Below, piece by piece: positions 23,400 to 24,000 of a stretch of DNA of 24,000 bases (position 1 is its first letter; each line of letters begins with the position of its first letter). The notes beneath the pieces were generated by a model, which worked only from the letters and a program-made list of their open reading frames with translations, was not told the origin of the DNA and did not search any database. This DNA is from Owenweeksia sp. (lineage in GTDB: Bacteria > Bacteroidota > Bacteroidia > Flavobacteriales > Schleiferiaceae). Made by a program: the position numbers and the translations under genes. The stretch spans positions 2,881,659 to 2,905,658 of the forward strand of contig OZ243107.1 of NCBI GenBank assembly GCA_965212245.1, in the 5' to 3' direction.

Positions 23400-23591
23400 A
23401 TGCCAAGAGGTACCGTTAAGTTTTTCAATGAGTCTAAAGGTTATGGATTCATAAAGAATGATGATGACAATCAAGACATTTTCGTACACGTATCAGGTCT
23501 CAATCATAAAGTGAATGAGGGTGATACCGTAACTTTTGAAGTAAAAGAAGGTAAAAGAGGTTTGAACGCAGTTAACGTACAAGCTGATTAA
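23400..23591 (+). CDS. cold-shock protein (CspA family)
   Basis: 63 aa with RNP1 KGYGFI and RNP2 IFVHVS. The N-terminus GTVKFFNESKGYGFI is a classic CSD. Confidence 0.95.
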   Translation: MPRGTVKFFNESKGYGFIKNDDDNQDIFVHVSGLNHKVNEGDTVTFEVKEGKRGLNAVNVQAD

Positions 23592-23618
23592 TCATACTCT
23601 TTTTGAAATTGAATTGAG

Positions 23619-23645
23619 AAAGCCCCGGATTTAGGGGCTTTTTTT
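23619..23645. terminator. bidirectional rho-independent terminator between convergent genes
   Basis: AAAGCCCC (23619-23626) pairs with GGGGCTTT (23634-23641) around a 7-nt loop. There is an A-run 5' and a T-run 3'. It lies between the csp stop (23591) and the minus-strand stop at 23666. Confidence 0.85.
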
Positions 23646-23665
23646 ATGAGCCGGTTTTCAAAGCA

Positions 23666-24000
23666 TTATTTCTTACAGAACTTTTGCTGGCTGATAAACC
23701 CCTTAGCATTTTCAATGCTGATGATATACATTCCTTTTTTAAAGTAGAATAGTGGGAGAGTAAGCAGCGTTTCTGCTTCGGTAGACTTTTTATAACTATC
23801 CAGCACGGCTCCCTGCATATCCATAATTTTTATAGTACTTCCTTTTTCCACATTTTCAAGAGTAAGTTCCTTTCCTACCGGGTTGGGATACAGGCTAAAT
23901 GATTTGGAAAGCTTGTGTTCATCTATACCTATATCACAAAAGGTAGAATGGATATAAACACTGTCTCCGTTAATCTCGGAGCCACACACATTAATCAATG
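23666..24000 (-). CDS. secreted protein with T9SS type A C-terminal sorting domain (N-terminus outside the window)
   Basis: The ORF is open to the window end. The C-terminal ~80 aa, FSLYPNPVGKELTLEN...IKIMDMQGAVL...GMYIISIEN, match the Por_Secre_tail/T9SS CTD pattern. Confidence 0.8.
   Translation of the reverse strand, partial: LINVCGSEINGDSVYIHSTFCDIGIDEHKLSKSFSLYPNPVGKELTLENVEKGSTIKIMDMQGAVLDSYKKSTEAETLLTLPLFYFKKGMYIISIENAKGFISQQKFCKK

Noticed and set aside
1-24000. Search for CRISPR arrays, tandem or long direct repeats, IS/transposase/integrase genes, tRNA/rRNA genes, and defence-system hallmarks (nucleases, ATPase-helicase pairs, TIR/SIR2, toxin-antitoxin pairs)
   Set aside because: Reading both strands turned up none of these. 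Intergenic regions are short, at most about 230 bp. Base composition appears uniform by eye. All large ORFs have housekeeping-type or conserved-hypothetical character. The window therefore does not look like an accessory or mobile island.

Overview
The window looks like an ordinary chromosomal segment of a Bacteroidota genome of about 42% GC. Three things support that origin: a T9SS C-terminal sorting domain, a PadR-PspC pair, and repeated TAnnTTTG '-7' promoter boxes placed just upstream of start codons. I can support 24 coding regions, most on the minus strand and tightly packed. They are a NUDIX hydrolase fragment, a carboxylesterase, a CarboxypepD_reg-like protein, MurQ, an RsmB/NOP-type RNA m5C methyltransferase, a fused alpha/beta TPP-dependent 2-oxoacid dehydrogenase E1, a fasciclin protein, a large M1-peptidase-like/beta-barrel protein, DUF4252-like/PadR/PspC, a DinB-like/NRDE/ATP-grasp trio, NDH-2, a GT2-like protein, a DUF4440 lipoprotein, a DinB protein, a zinc-ribbon membrane protein, a small 2-TM protein, UvrA, an ECF-type sigma factor followed by a 48-aa ORF, DUF427, a cold-shock protein, and a T9SS-CTD protein fragment. 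I found no rRNA, tRNA, CRISPR array, transposase, integrase or recognisable defence system. I saw no compositional island by eye. Nothing here is a clear-cut novel system. The best candidates for a second look are four. (1) A translationally coupled DinB-like/NRDE/ATP-grasp operon of unknown function. (2) A roughly 950-aa protein whose M1-peptidase catalytic motifs all appear degenerate, fused to an Omp85-like C-terminal barrel. (3) A DUF4252-PadR-PspC module with a symmetric AGTACT-based operator candidate. (4) A sigma factor with a long leader and a conserved-looking micro-ORF. Several ORF-track starts are probably too long, and I give corrected starts supported by terminator or promoter positions and by N-terminal motifs. 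All functional calls come from my own recognition of motifs in the translations, because no database search was possible.
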